Shown here: piece after piece, positions 38,575 through 47,432 of the stretch
Layout of the letters: each line of letters begins with the position of its first letter
Position numbering within the stretch: position 1 is the stretch's first letter
NCBI RefSeq assembly: GCF_021246445.1
Contig: NZ_JAJQXW010000001.1
Span: forward strand, 1,568,168 to 1,632,167
Origin: Rhabdothermincola salaria
Lineage (GTDB): Bacteria; Actinomycetota; Acidimicrobiia; Acidimicrobiales; Acidimicrobilacustridaceae
Direction: 5' to 3'
DNA: 64,000 bases
Position numbers and translations under genes: made by a program
The notes under the pieces: generated by a model
The model's database searches: none
What the model saw: only the letters and a program-made list of their open reading frames with translations
Told to the model about the DNA's origin: nothing

Positions 38575-40167
38575 TCAGGTGGCCACCAGGTCGATGCGGT
38601 GGCCCAGGACCCGCTCGAGGAGGTCCTTGCGCTCCGTCCCGGTGTGCAGCTCGAGGCTGAGGTCGGCTCCCGGACGGCCGGTGACGAGGATCTGCAACGG
38701 ACCCGAGCCGTTGGCGCTGGTGACCCGGAGGTGCTCGACGGGGCCGGCGTGGGAGCGGTCGAGGGCGATGGCCACCCGCAGGATGCCGGCGAGGACCGTC
38801 ACCGCCTCCTGGTCCTCCGGCCGGAGGCGGGCGAACTCGGTGTGCTTGGGCTTCGGTGCGCTCTTGCGGTGGTAGCGGGCGATCAGGGCGATGAGCTCGA
38901 TCTCGTGGTCGGTGAAGCCGGCCAATCGGTCGGAGTGGCGGATCAGGTAGTAGCTGTGCTTGTGGTGCTCGGAGTGGGAGATGGCCTGCCCCACGTTGGC
39001 CAGCAACGCCCCGGCCTCGAGCAGCTCGCGCCACTCGTCGTCGAGGCCGTGCCAGCGGGCGGTGGCGTCGAACAGCTCCAGCGCCAGCCCGGCCGTGCGC
39101 TCGGAGTGCTCCGGCTCGTCGTCCATCGACGCGGCGAGGGCCACCACGCTACGACGGCGGAGGTCGCGCAGGTGGTGGAGGTTGGCCCCCCGGCGGCGGG
39201 CGAGGGCATCGAGCAGCGCTCCCTCGCGCAGGGCGTAGTCCGAGAAGACCACCTCGTCGATGCCGAGGCCACGCACCACGCCGTCGAGGATGAGGGCCCC
39301 GGCCAGGATGATGTCGGCCCGCCCCGCGTCCATGCCCGGCAGCCGTCGCCGGCCCTCGACCGTCTCGGCCGCGATGAGCTCGTCGACGACGGCGGCGATC
39401 TCGGCGGCGGTCACCGAGGCGTTGTTGTAGGTCCGCGCCGGTTCGTCACCCCGCGCCGTGAGGGCCATGGCGACCACGGCCTCGGCGGTACCCGAGGACA
39501 CCACCGCCACCTCGAAGCCGACCCGTTCCACGTCGCGGGCCATGGGGGCCAGCACCGAGCGGATGTTGCGTCGGCAGGCATCGACCGCACCGGGGTGGAG
39601 CCGGTCGCCCCGGAAGAAGCGCCGGGTGAGCCGGATGGCGCCGAGCTTGAGGCTCCCCACGGCGAGGGTCTCCCCCCGCTCCCCCACCAGGATCTCGGTC
39701 GAGCCGCCGCCGATGTCCACCAGCACGAGACGGCGGTCGAACACGGGAACGGCCTGCAGCACGCCCAGATGGATGAGTCGGGCCTCCTCCACCCCCGAGA
39801 TGACCTCGACCTCCACGCCCGCCTCGTCGCGGGCCCGGGAGAGGAACTCCTCTGCGTTCTCCGCTTCGCGCACCGCGGAGGTGGCCACCGCGTGCACGTC
39901 GGCGTCGTGGATGGCCGCGATGCGGGCCATGCGGGCCAGGGCCTGCACCCCCCGGTCGATGGCGTCGGGGACCAGGCGCTTCATGTCGCCCGACGCCGAC
40001 CCGAGGCGGACCATCTCCTTCTCCCGGGCGATGACCTCGAACTCGCCACCGCCGTCGCCGGGGCCCCGACCGATGCGAGCCACCACCATGTGGAAGGAGT
40101 TGGTGCCGATGTCGATGGCCGCGAGGGGCCGCTCGACGGGGGTGGCGTCGTCGCTCACGACGTTCAC
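38575..40167 (-). CDS. ppx: Ppx/GppA phosphatase with C-terminal HD-like domain
   Basis: AAIDIGTNSFH, ATSAVREA.N, ISG.EEARL, DIGGGSTE, LREG, HHKHSYYLI. Confidence 0.92.
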   Translation of the reverse strand: MNVVSDDATPVERPLAAIDIGTNSFHMVVARIGRGPGDGGGEFEVIAREKEMVRLGSASGDMKRLVPDAIDRGVQALARMARIAAIHDADVHAVATSAVREAENAEEFLSRARDEAGVEVEVISGVEEARLIHLGVLQAVPVFDRRLVLVDIGGGSTEILVGERGETLAVGSLKLGAIRLTRRFFRGDRLHPGAVDACRRNIRSVLAPMARDVERVGFEVAVVSSGTAEAVVAMALTARGDEPARTYNNASVTAAEIAAVVDELIAAETVEGRRRLPGMDAGRADIILAGALILDGVVRGLGIDEVVFSDYALREGALLDALARRRGANLHHLRDLRRRSVVALAASMDDEPEHSERTAGLALELFDATARWHGLDDEWRELLEAGALLANVGQAISHSEHHKHSYYLIRHSDRLAGFTDHEIELIALIARYHRKSAPKPKHTEFARLRPEDQEAVTVLAGILRVAIALDRSHAGPVEHLRVTSANGSGPLQILVTGRPGADLSLELHTGTERKDLLERVLGHRIDLVAT

Positions 40168-40829
40168 TCTTGTCGCAACCCGGCGTCGCGCTCCAGCCTG
40201 CGGGCGGCGGCCACCACCGCCGCGCCGTAGCGGCGGCCCGGTGCCCGGGTGGTCCGACCGATGGGGCCCGAGACGCTCATGGCGGCCACGATCCGGCCGT
40301 CGGCGTCGAGGACCGGCGCGCTGACCGAGGCCACGCCCGGCTCACGCTCGCCCACGCTGTCGACCCACCCCCGTCGGGGAAGGGCGTCCGGTTCGGCCAG
40401 GAGGCGCCCCGCGGAGCCGGCCCCGAGGGGGAGGCGGGCCCCGACAGGCACGATGGTGCGCAGCCCGTGGGGCGACTCGAGCGCGGCCACGCAGACCCGC
40501 ACCTCGCCCTCACGCAGGTACAGCTGCACGCTCTCACCGGTGGCGTCGCGGAGCTCGGCGAGCGCGGGGCCGGCGGCGTCGACGAGGGACAGGCCTTCCG
40601 AGGCGGCCCGGCCCAGGGCGACCAGCCGGGCGCCGAGGGCGAAGCGCCCCTCGTCGTCGCGTCGCACGAGCCCGTGGTGCTCGAGGGCCACGGCGAGGCG
40701 ATGGGCCGTGGCCCGGGTGAGCCCGGTCGCCTCCACCAGCTCGGCCAGGGAGCGGGGCTCGACCTCGAGCACGGCCAGCACGGCCACGGCCTTGTCGAGG
40801 ACGCCCACACCACCTACACTCGATCCCAC
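40164..40829 (-). CDS. IclR family regulator divergent from leuC (NdgR/LtbR-like)
   Basis: [40 protein letters not shown]; synteny with leuCD. Confidence 0.9.
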   Translation of the reverse strand: MGSSVGGVGVLDKAVAVLAVLEVEPRSLAELVEATGLTRATAHRLAVALEHHGLVRRDDEGRFALGARLVALGRAASEGLSLVDAAGPALAELRDATGESVQLYLREGEVRVCVAALESPHGLRTIVPVGARLPLGAGSAGRLLAEPDALPRRGWVDSVGEREPGVASVSAPVLDADGRIVAAMSVSGPIGRTTRAPGRRYGAAVVAAARRLERDAGLRQE

Positions 40830-40843
40830 GAGACAAGACTAGC

Positions 40844-40860
40844 GTCTCACATATTGAGAC
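40844..40860. promoter_or_regulatory. Palindromic IclR operator candidate GTCTCA-CATAT-TGAGAC
   Basis: Perfect 6+6 inverted repeat adjoining overlapping divergent -10 elements. Confidence 0.7.
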
Positions 40861-41005
40861 ACAAGCAGGACGCAGACGGACCCACCCCACCAGGGCCCGG
40901 CCACCACGAGGGTGGCTCCCCGGTCGAGGTGGACAGCCGAGACGCGACGTCGGGCTCGAGATGCGCCGGTCGGCCCCCGCCGGCGCCGACGAAAGGACCG
41001 CACCC

Positions 41006-42412
41006 ATGGCCGAGGCCAGGACCCTCAGCGAGAAGATCTGGGACGACCACGTCGTACGCCGGGCGAACGGCGACCCCGACGTGCTCTACATCGACCTGCA
41101 CCTCGTCCACGAGGTGACCTCCCCGCAGGCCTTCGACGGCCTGCGGCTGGCCGGGAGGACCGTGCGCCGCCCGGACCTCACCGTCGCCACGGAGGACCAC
41201 AACGTCCCCACCCTCGACATCGACCAGCCCATCGCCGATCCGATCTCGCGCAAGCAGGTCGAGGTGCTGCGGGCCAACACCGCCGAGTTCGGCGTGGTCG
41301 AGCACCCCATGGGCTCGCCGGGCCAGGGCATCGTGCACGTCATCGGCCCCGAGCAGGGCCTCACCCTGCCGGGCATGACCATCGTGTGCGGCGACAGCCA
41401 CACCGCCACCCACGGCGCGTTCGGCGCCCTGGCCTTCGGCATCGGCACCAGCGAGGTCGAGCACGTCCTCGCCACCCAGACCCTGCAACAGCACCGTCCC
41501 GGCACCATGGCCGTCGAGGTCGACGGCACCCTGTCGCCCGGGGTCACCGCCAAGGACCTGATCCTGGCCATCATCGGCCGCATCGGCACCGGCGGCGGCA
41601 TCGGCTCGATCATCGAGTACCGGGGTGAAGCCATCCGCAACCTCTCGATGGAAGGCCGCATGACGGTCTGCAACATGTCCATCGAGGCCGGAGCCAAGGC
41701 CGGTCTCATCGCCCCCGACGAGACCACCTTCGCCTACCTCGAGGGCCGCGAGCACGCCCCGAAGGGCCCGGCCTGGGAGGCCGCCCTCGAGTACTGGCGC
41801 AGCCTGCCCACCGACGAGGGCGCCAGCTTCGACAAGGTCGTGCACATCGACGGGAGCGCCCTGACCCCGTTCGTGTCCTGGGGCACCAACCCCGGTCAGG
41901 TCGTCGAGCTCAGCGGGGCCGTGCCCGACCCCGACAGCTTCGAGGAGGCCTCGGGCAAGGACGCCGCCCGCCGAGCCCTGGAGTACATGGGCCTCACGGC
42001 CGGCACCCCGATCCGCGAGGTCCCGGTCGACACCGTCTTCATCGGTTCGTGCACCAACTCGCGCATCGAGGACCTGCGGGCCGCGGCTGCCGTGGCCGAG
42101 GGCCGTTCGGTGAAGTCCGGGATGCGCGCCATGGTCGTGCCCGGCTCTTATCAGGTGAAGCTCCAGGCCGAGCGCGAGGGCCTCCACGAGGTCTTCACCG
42201 GGGCCGGCTTCGAGTGGCGAGAGCCGGGCTGCTCGATGTGCCTGGCCATGAACCCCGACAAGCTCGCTCCCGGCGAGCGGGCCGCATCCACCTCGAACCG
42301 CAACTTCGAGGGCCGTCAGGGCCGCGGCGGGCGCACCCACCTGGTGAGCCCCGCCGTCGCCGCCGCCACCGCCATCGCCGGCACGTTCGCCGCCCCCGGC
42401 GACCTCGACTGA
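41006..42412 (+). CDS. leuC: 3-isopropylmalate dehydratase large subunit
   Basis: [47 protein letters not shown]. Confidence 0.97.
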   Translation: MAEARTLSEKIWDDHVVRRANGDPDVLYIDLHLVHEVTSPQAFDGLRLAGRTVRRPDLTVATEDHNVPTLDIDQPIADPISRKQVEVLRANTAEFGVVEHPMGSPGQGIVHVIGPEQGLTLPGMTIVCGDSHTATHGAFGALAFGIGTSEVEHVLATQTLQQHRPGTMAVEVDGTLSPGVTAKDLILAIIGRIGTGGGIGSIIEYRGEAIRNLSMEGRMTVCNMSIEAGAKAGLIAPDETTFAYLEGREHAPKGPAWEAALEYWRSLPTDEGASFDKVVHIDGSALTPFVSWGTNPGQVVELSGAVPDPDSFEEASGKDAARRALEYMGLTAGTPIREVPVDTVFIGSCTNSRIEDLRAAAAVAEGRSVKSGMRAMVVPGSYQVKLQAEREGLHEVFTGAGFEWREPGCSMCLAMNPDKLAPGERAASTSNRNFEGRQGRGGRTHLVSPAVAAATAIAGTFAAPGDLD

Positions 42413-42425
42413 AAAGGACCTCCCC

Positions 42426-43034
42426 ATGGATCCCGTCATCACCCTCACCGGCACGGCCCTCCCCCTCGACCGCTCCGACGTCGACACCGACCAGATCATC
42501 CCCAGCGACTGGCTCAAGCGGGTCGAGCGCACCGGCTTCGGCAAGGGGCTCTTCTCGGAATGGCGAGAGGACCCCGAGTTCGTCATGAACCTGCCCCAGT
42601 TCGGCGAGGCCGCCATCTTGCTCGCCGGCGAGAACTTCGGCGTCGGTTCGTCACGCGAGCATGCCGTCTGGGCCATCACCGACTACGGCTTCACCGCCGT
42701 CGTCGCCCCCCGCTTCGGCGACATCTTCCGCAACAACGCCACCAAGAACGGCCTCGTCCCCGTCGTGGTCAGCCACGAGATCAGCCGACAGCTGATCGAC
42801 GCGGTCATGGCCGACCCCACCATCGAGATCACCGTCGACGTCCAGGCCAAGCGCCTGCGGGCCCCGGCCATCGACCTCGATGTCGAGTTCCCCCTCGACG
42901 ACTCCACCCAGGAGCGCTTCCTGAAGGGCCTCGACGACATCGGCATCACCCTGCAGTGGGAGGGCGACATCACCGCCTTCGAGGCCACCCGGCCCGAGTG
43001 GATGCCCACCAGCGGGGCCGAGCGGGCGGGCTGA
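42426..43034 (+). CDS. leuD: 3-isopropylmalate dehydratase small subunit
   Basis: DVDTDQIIP, NFGVGSSREHAVWA, FGDIF.NN, GLDDIG.TL. Confidence 0.97.
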   Translation: MDPVITLTGTALPLDRSDVDTDQIIPSDWLKRVERTGFGKGLFSEWREDPEFVMNLPQFGEAAILLAGENFGVGSSREHAVWAITDYGFTAVVAPRFGDIFRNNATKNGLVPVVVSHEISRQLIDAVMADPTIEITVDVQAKRLRAPAIDLDVEFPLDDSTQERFLKGLDDIGITLQWEGDITAFEATRPEWMPTSGAERAG

Positions 43035-43038
43035 CGCC

Positions 43039-43272
43039 GTGGCCGACCGCTACACCCACGGCCACCACGACTCTGTGCTGCGCAGCCACCGGTGGCGCAC
43101 CGCCGAGAACTCCGCCGCCCACCTGCTCGACCACCTCGAGCCGGGCCAGCGGCTGCTCGACGTGGGCTGCGGACCCGGCACCATCACCCTCGACCTGGCC
43201 GCCCGGGTGGCGCCGGGCGAGGTCCTCGGCCTCGACGTCGCGCCCGAGGGCGTGAGGGCCGCCCACCGCTGA
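43039..43272 (+). pseudogene. Truncated class I SAM-dependent methyltransferase
   Basis: YTHGHH.SVLRSH.WRTAENSA and motif I LDVGCGPG are present, but the ORF stops at 77 aa with no room for the remainder. Confidence 0.75.
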
Positions 43273-43330
43273 GGGCCACGACCTCCAGATCGCCGGGAAC
43301 CAGATCGACGGCGGCGACGTCTCATCCACC

Positions 43331-45814
43331 ATGACCACGACGAACGGTTGGCCCAGGCGGGTGTGGGAGGGCGTCGCCCTCGTGACGACGGCAGGCGTCC
43401 TGGCGGTCGGCTGCACCGGCGGAGGGGACGGCGGCGGCGGTCCCGCCACCCCGGTGGTGGGTGCCGTGGCCCGCCTCGTATCGTTCGACTCCTGCGACGA
43501 CCTCCTGGGCTGGTTCCACGAGGAGGCCGGGGAGCGGGTCACGGCCTACGGGCTCGAGGAAGGCTGGTACGGCGTCCCAGGGCCGACCATGAGGCCCTTC
43601 ATGGCCGAGGACTCCGCCGCCAGCGAGAGCAGCCGGGCCGCCGCCGACGGAGCCGAGGCCTCCACCCCCACCACTGTCGGCGACTTCTCCACCACCAACG
43701 TCCAGGAGGCCGGGGTGGGCGAGCCGGACCTGGCCGTCACCGACGGCAGCCGGCTCGTCACCGTGGTCGGCGGGGACCTGCGGGTGGTCGACCTCACCGG
43801 TCCCGAGCCGGTGGTGGCCGCCACCGTCGAGCTGGGCGAGCCCGGTGGCCGACTCCTCGTGGAGGGCGACCACGCCGTGGTGATCAGCCACGGCTGGAGC
43901 GACCGCATGCCGGTCGAGCCCGACGGCGGCATCGGGTCGTCGTCGATGCTGCCGCCCGGCTCCGGGCGCACCACCCTCACCCGCATCGACCTCGACGGCG
44001 AGCCCCGAGTGGTGGGACGGGTCGAGATCGGTGCCGACCACGTCGACGCCCGCATGGTCGACGGCGTGGTACGGGTCGTCACCCGCTCCGGTCCCGAAGA
44101 CCTCGGCTTCGTGTACCCGAGCGGCACCGAGGCCTCCGAGCAACGGTCCATGGAGGCCAACCGCGACATCATCGCCTCGTCCACCATCGAGGACTGGCTC
44201 CCGGAGCTGGCCGTGGCGAACGCCGATGGCACCGAGGAGGTCCGCCAGGCGGTGGCCTGCGACGCCGTCGACCATCCCGAGCAGTTCTCCGGCTTCGACG
44301 TGGTCACCGTGGTCGGCCTCGACCTGCGCGCCGACGGCGCCGAGCTGGTGCCCTCCGCCGGCGTGGTCGCCGGGGCCGGCACCGTCTACGCCTCCACCGA
44401 CACGCTCTACGTGACCACCGAACGCTGGCCCGACGCCGCCGTCGACGGCGACACTCCGACCAGCGACGAGGACGGGGCGGAGGATGCGGTCGGCACCGCC
44501 GTGCCCGGGCCGACCCGCCCACCGACCCCGGCCCCGGAGCTGGGGGACCCAGCCACCGAGAATGAGCCGGCGGCACCGGAGACCACCGTGCCCGACACGA
44601 CCACCGCGCCCACGACGACGCCCGGCACCAGCCCGTCCTCGGCGCCCACCACGTCGACGACCAGCACCACCGAATCGACCACGACCTCGACCTCGACCTC
44701 GACCACTGAACCGTCGACGACGACGACCAGCGAACCCGAAGCCACCACGACCACCACGACCCCCGACGACCCTGTCGAGGCCGGTCCCCACACCGACGTG
44801 CACGCCTTCGGCATCGCCGGCCGAGGCCCGGCCGAGTACCTGGCGTCGGGCCGGGTGCGGGGCACCGTCCTCGACCAGTTCTCGCTGTCCGAGCACGAAG
44901 GTCACCTGCGGGTGGCGACCACCGTCGACCCCGGCTGGTGGGGGTGGTCGAGGCCGATGACGACCGTCGACGGTGGTCGCCGCGTCGCCCCCGAACCCGA
45001 GGTCAGCGAGAGCTTCGTCACCGTGCTCGAACGCGACGGCGAGACGCTGGCCCGCATCGGGGAGGTCGGCGGGCTGGGCCGGACCGAGCAGATCTACTCG
45101 GCCCGCTTCGTGGGCGACCTGGCCTACGTGGTCACCTTCCGGCGCACCGATCCGCTCTACGTGGTCGACCTGCGCGACCCCGCCGCCCCGGTGGTCGCCG
45201 GTGAGCTGAAGATCAACGGCTACTCGTCGTACCTGCAGCTCGTCGACGAGGGCCGCCTGCTGGGCGTGGGCCAGGACGGCACCGACGACGGGCGGCTGAT
45301 CGGGTTCGCCGAGAGCCTGTTCGACGTGAGCGATCCGGCGAACCCCACCCGCCTGGCCCAGTTCACCGTGGCCGACGGCACCTCCCTGGCCGAGCAGGAC
45401 CACCACGCCCTGTTGTGGTGGCCGGCCACCGACACGCTGGTGGTGCCCCTCGAGGTCTGGGGGGCGGGGCCGATCGTCCCGTTGCCGGCCCCCGAGCCCG
45501 GCGCCGACATCGCCCGCGCCCCGGCCGACGTGTTCCGCGGCGTGCTGGTCACCACCGTCACGGACGACGGCATCGTCGAGCGGGGACGGTTGGCCCACCC
45601 CTCCGCCACCGAGGAGCAACCACCGGGTGGCACACGACCGGTGTGCCCGCCCGAGGCGGACTGCGGACCGGGCTTCTACGAGCCCGCCGGCTACGCACCC
45701 ACCATCGAACGCTCCCTGGTGGTCGGCGACCGGCTCCTCACCGTGTCGACGGCCGGGGTCATGGTCAACGACCTGGCCACGCTCGAGGCCCGGGCCTGGA
45801 CGGCCTTCGCCTGA
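43331..45814 (+). CDS. Secreted beta-propeller domain lipoprotein with internal Thr/Pro-rich insertion
   Basis: Lipobox AVGC; FSTTNVQEAGV.EPD, DQFSLSE..G.LRVATT, EQIYSARF, TFRRTDPLY, GELKI.GYS.YL. Confidence 0.88.
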   Translation: MTTTNGWPRRVWEGVALVTTAGVLAVGCTGGGDGGGGPATPVVGAVARLVSFDSCDDLLGWFHEEAGERVTAYGLEEGWYGVPGPTMRPFMAEDSAASESSRAAADGAEASTPTTVGDFSTTNVQEAGVGEPDLAVTDGSRLVTVVGGDLRVVDLTGPEPVVAATVELGEPGGRLLVEGDHAVVISHGWSDRMPVEPDGGIGSSSMLPPGSGRTTLTRIDLDGEPRVVGRVEIGADHVDARMVDGVVRVVTRSGPEDLGFVYPSGTEASEQRSMEANRDIIASSTIEDWLPELAVANADGTEEVRQAVACDAVDHPEQFSGFDVVTVVGLDLRADGAELVPSAGVVAGAGTVYASTDTLYVTTERWPDAAVDGDTPTSDEDGAEDAVGTAVPGPTRPPTPAPELGDPATENEPAAPETTVPDTTTAPTTTPGTSPSSAPTTSTTSTTESTTTSTSTSTTEPSTTTTSEPEATTTTTTPDDPVEAGPHTDVHAFGIAGRGPAEYLASGRVRGTVLDQFSLSEHEGHLRVATTVDPGWWGWSRPMTTVDGGRRVAPEPEVSESFVTVLERDGETLARIGEVGGLGRTEQIYSARFVGDLAYVVTFRRTDPLYVVDLRDPAAPVVAGELKINGYSSYLQLVDEGRLLGVGQDGTDDGRLIGFAESLFDVSDPANPTRLAQFTVADGTSLAEQDHHALLWWPATDTLVVPLEVWGAGPIVPLPAPEPGADIARAPADVFRGVLVTTVTDDGIVERGRLAHPSATEEQPPGGTRPVCPPEADCGPGFYEPAGYAPTIERSLVVGDRLLTVSTAGVMVNDLATLEARAWTAFA

Positions 45815-45890
45815 CTCCCGACCCGTTCGGCACCGGCGGTAACGTCGCCCGCCGGTGCCCGGGTGGGCCGGGCCGACGACAGGGGGCACA

Positions 45891-47402
45891 GTGGACCAGG
45901 CACGGCTGCCGGTGATCGTGGGCGTGGGCGAGGTGGCCAACACCGACGACGACCGCATCGTCCACCCCCTCGAGCTGCTGGCCGAGGCCGTGGACCACGC
46001 CGTCGCCGACAGCCACGCCGGCCGTCGCCTCCTCGACCGGGTGGGCTTGGTCGGCGCCACCCCGCTGTCGATCTACAGCGAGGACCGGGCCGCCGACCTG
46101 GTGGCGGCCCGCTTCGGGCTGGCTGCCGCCGACACGGTCGAGACCGGGTACACCGGCTCTGGTCCCCTGCGGCTGCTGGCCGAGGCCGGGCGGCGCATCG
46201 CCGAGGGCCGCATCGAGGCGGCCCTGCTCGTCGGCGGCGTGGCCGACGCCTCGGTGAAGCGAGCCCGTCTCCGGGGCGAGGACCCACCGGCGCCGCCCAC
46301 CTCGGTGTGGTCGCAGGGATCGCGCCACCAGGCCCCGATGCCCAGCGGACGGCGCCTCCCGGTCGAGGGCCCGCTGCCCGCCGAGATCCGCGCCGGGGCG
46401 CAGATGCCCGTGCAGCTCTTCGCGCTCATCGAGAGCGCCATGGCCCGGCCGGGCGAGTCCTGGGCCGGGCACCGCGCCCGCCTCGGTGCGCTGATGGCTC
46501 CGTTCACCGCCACGGCGGCGTCCCGTCCCGAGGTGGCCTGGTTCCCCCGGGCCCGCTCCGGCGCGGACCTGGCCGAGGTGCGCCCCGACAACCGGCTGGT
46601 GGCCGAGCCCTACACCAAGTCCATGTGCTCGTTCCCCACCGTCGACCTGGCCGCCGCCGTTCTGGTGTGCTCCGTGGCCGAGGCCGACCGCCTCGGGGTC
46701 CCGGTGGAGCGACGGGTGCACCCCTGGGCCACCGCCTCGGTGAAGGACCCCATGGCCCCCTCGCGGTGGGCCGAGATGCACCGCTCCCCCGCCCTGGGCC
46801 TGGCCGCCCGCACCGTGCTCGACCACACGGGCGTCGACCCGGCCGCCATCGCCGCCTTCGACCTGTACTCGTGCTTCCCCGCCGCGGTGCAGCTGGGCCT
46901 CGACGCCTTCGGGGTGGCCCTCGACGACCCCCGCCCCTTCACCCTCACCGGAGGGCTGCCCTACTTCGGGGGCCCCGGCGCCTCCTACGGGCTCCACGGC
47001 CTGGCCGCCGCCGCCCGGCGCGCCCGGGCCGACCTCGGCGAGGTGGTGGCCCTCACCGGTGTCGGCGGGATGCCCAACGACTTCGCCGCCGGCCTGCTGG
47101 CCGCGACACCACCCGAGCGGGCGCCAGCCTTCGACGAACCGCCTGCCCCCACCAGCACCGTCGGTCCACCGCCCGAGGCGCCGGTGGAGGGCGTGGCCAC
47201 CGTGGTGGCCATGACCGTCGTGCACGGGCCCGACGGCGACGCGCAGGCGGCCCCGCTGGTGGCCGAGCTCGACGACGGGGCCCGGGTCGGGGCCCGCACC
47301 GACGACCCCGACCTCATGAGCCAGCTCACCGACACCGGACTGGTGGGTCGCCCGGTGCGCCTGACCGCCAGCGAGGCGGGCCTCACCTACCAGCCGGTCT
47401 GA
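45891..47402 (+). CDS. Thiolase-like protein (acetyl-CoA acetyltransferase family, TLP-like)
   Basis: [39 protein letters not shown]. Confidence 0.85.
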   Translation: MDQARLPVIVGVGEVANTDDDRIVHPLELLAEAVDHAVADSHAGRRLLDRVGLVGATPLSIYSEDRAADLVAARFGLAAADTVETGYTGSGPLRLLAEAGRRIAEGRIEAALLVGGVADASVKRARLRGEDPPAPPTSVWSQGSRHQAPMPSGRRLPVEGPLPAEIRAGAQMPVQLFALIESAMARPGESWAGHRARLGALMAPFTATAASRPEVAWFPRARSGADLAEVRPDNRLVAEPYTKSMCSFPTVDLAAAVLVCSVAEADRLGVPVERRVHPWATASVKDPMAPSRWAEMHRSPALGLAARTVLDHTGVDPAAIAAFDLYSCFPAAVQLGLDAFGVALDDPRPFTLTGGLPYFGGPGASYGLHGLAAAARRARADLGEVVALTGVGGMPNDFAAGLLAATPPERAPAFDEPPAPTSTVGPPPEAPVEGVATVVAMTVVHGPDGDAQAAPLVAELDDGARVGARTDDPDLMSQLTDTGLVGRPVRLTASEAGLTYQPV

Positions 47403-47432
47403 GCCCGGCGAGGGCGTCCAGCCGCCCCCGCC

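Noticed and set aside
40861..41005. Third attenuator upstream of leuC
   Set aside because: No short ORF rich in Leu/Ile/Val codons and no U-tailed terminator were seen; the IclR operator explains the regulation.
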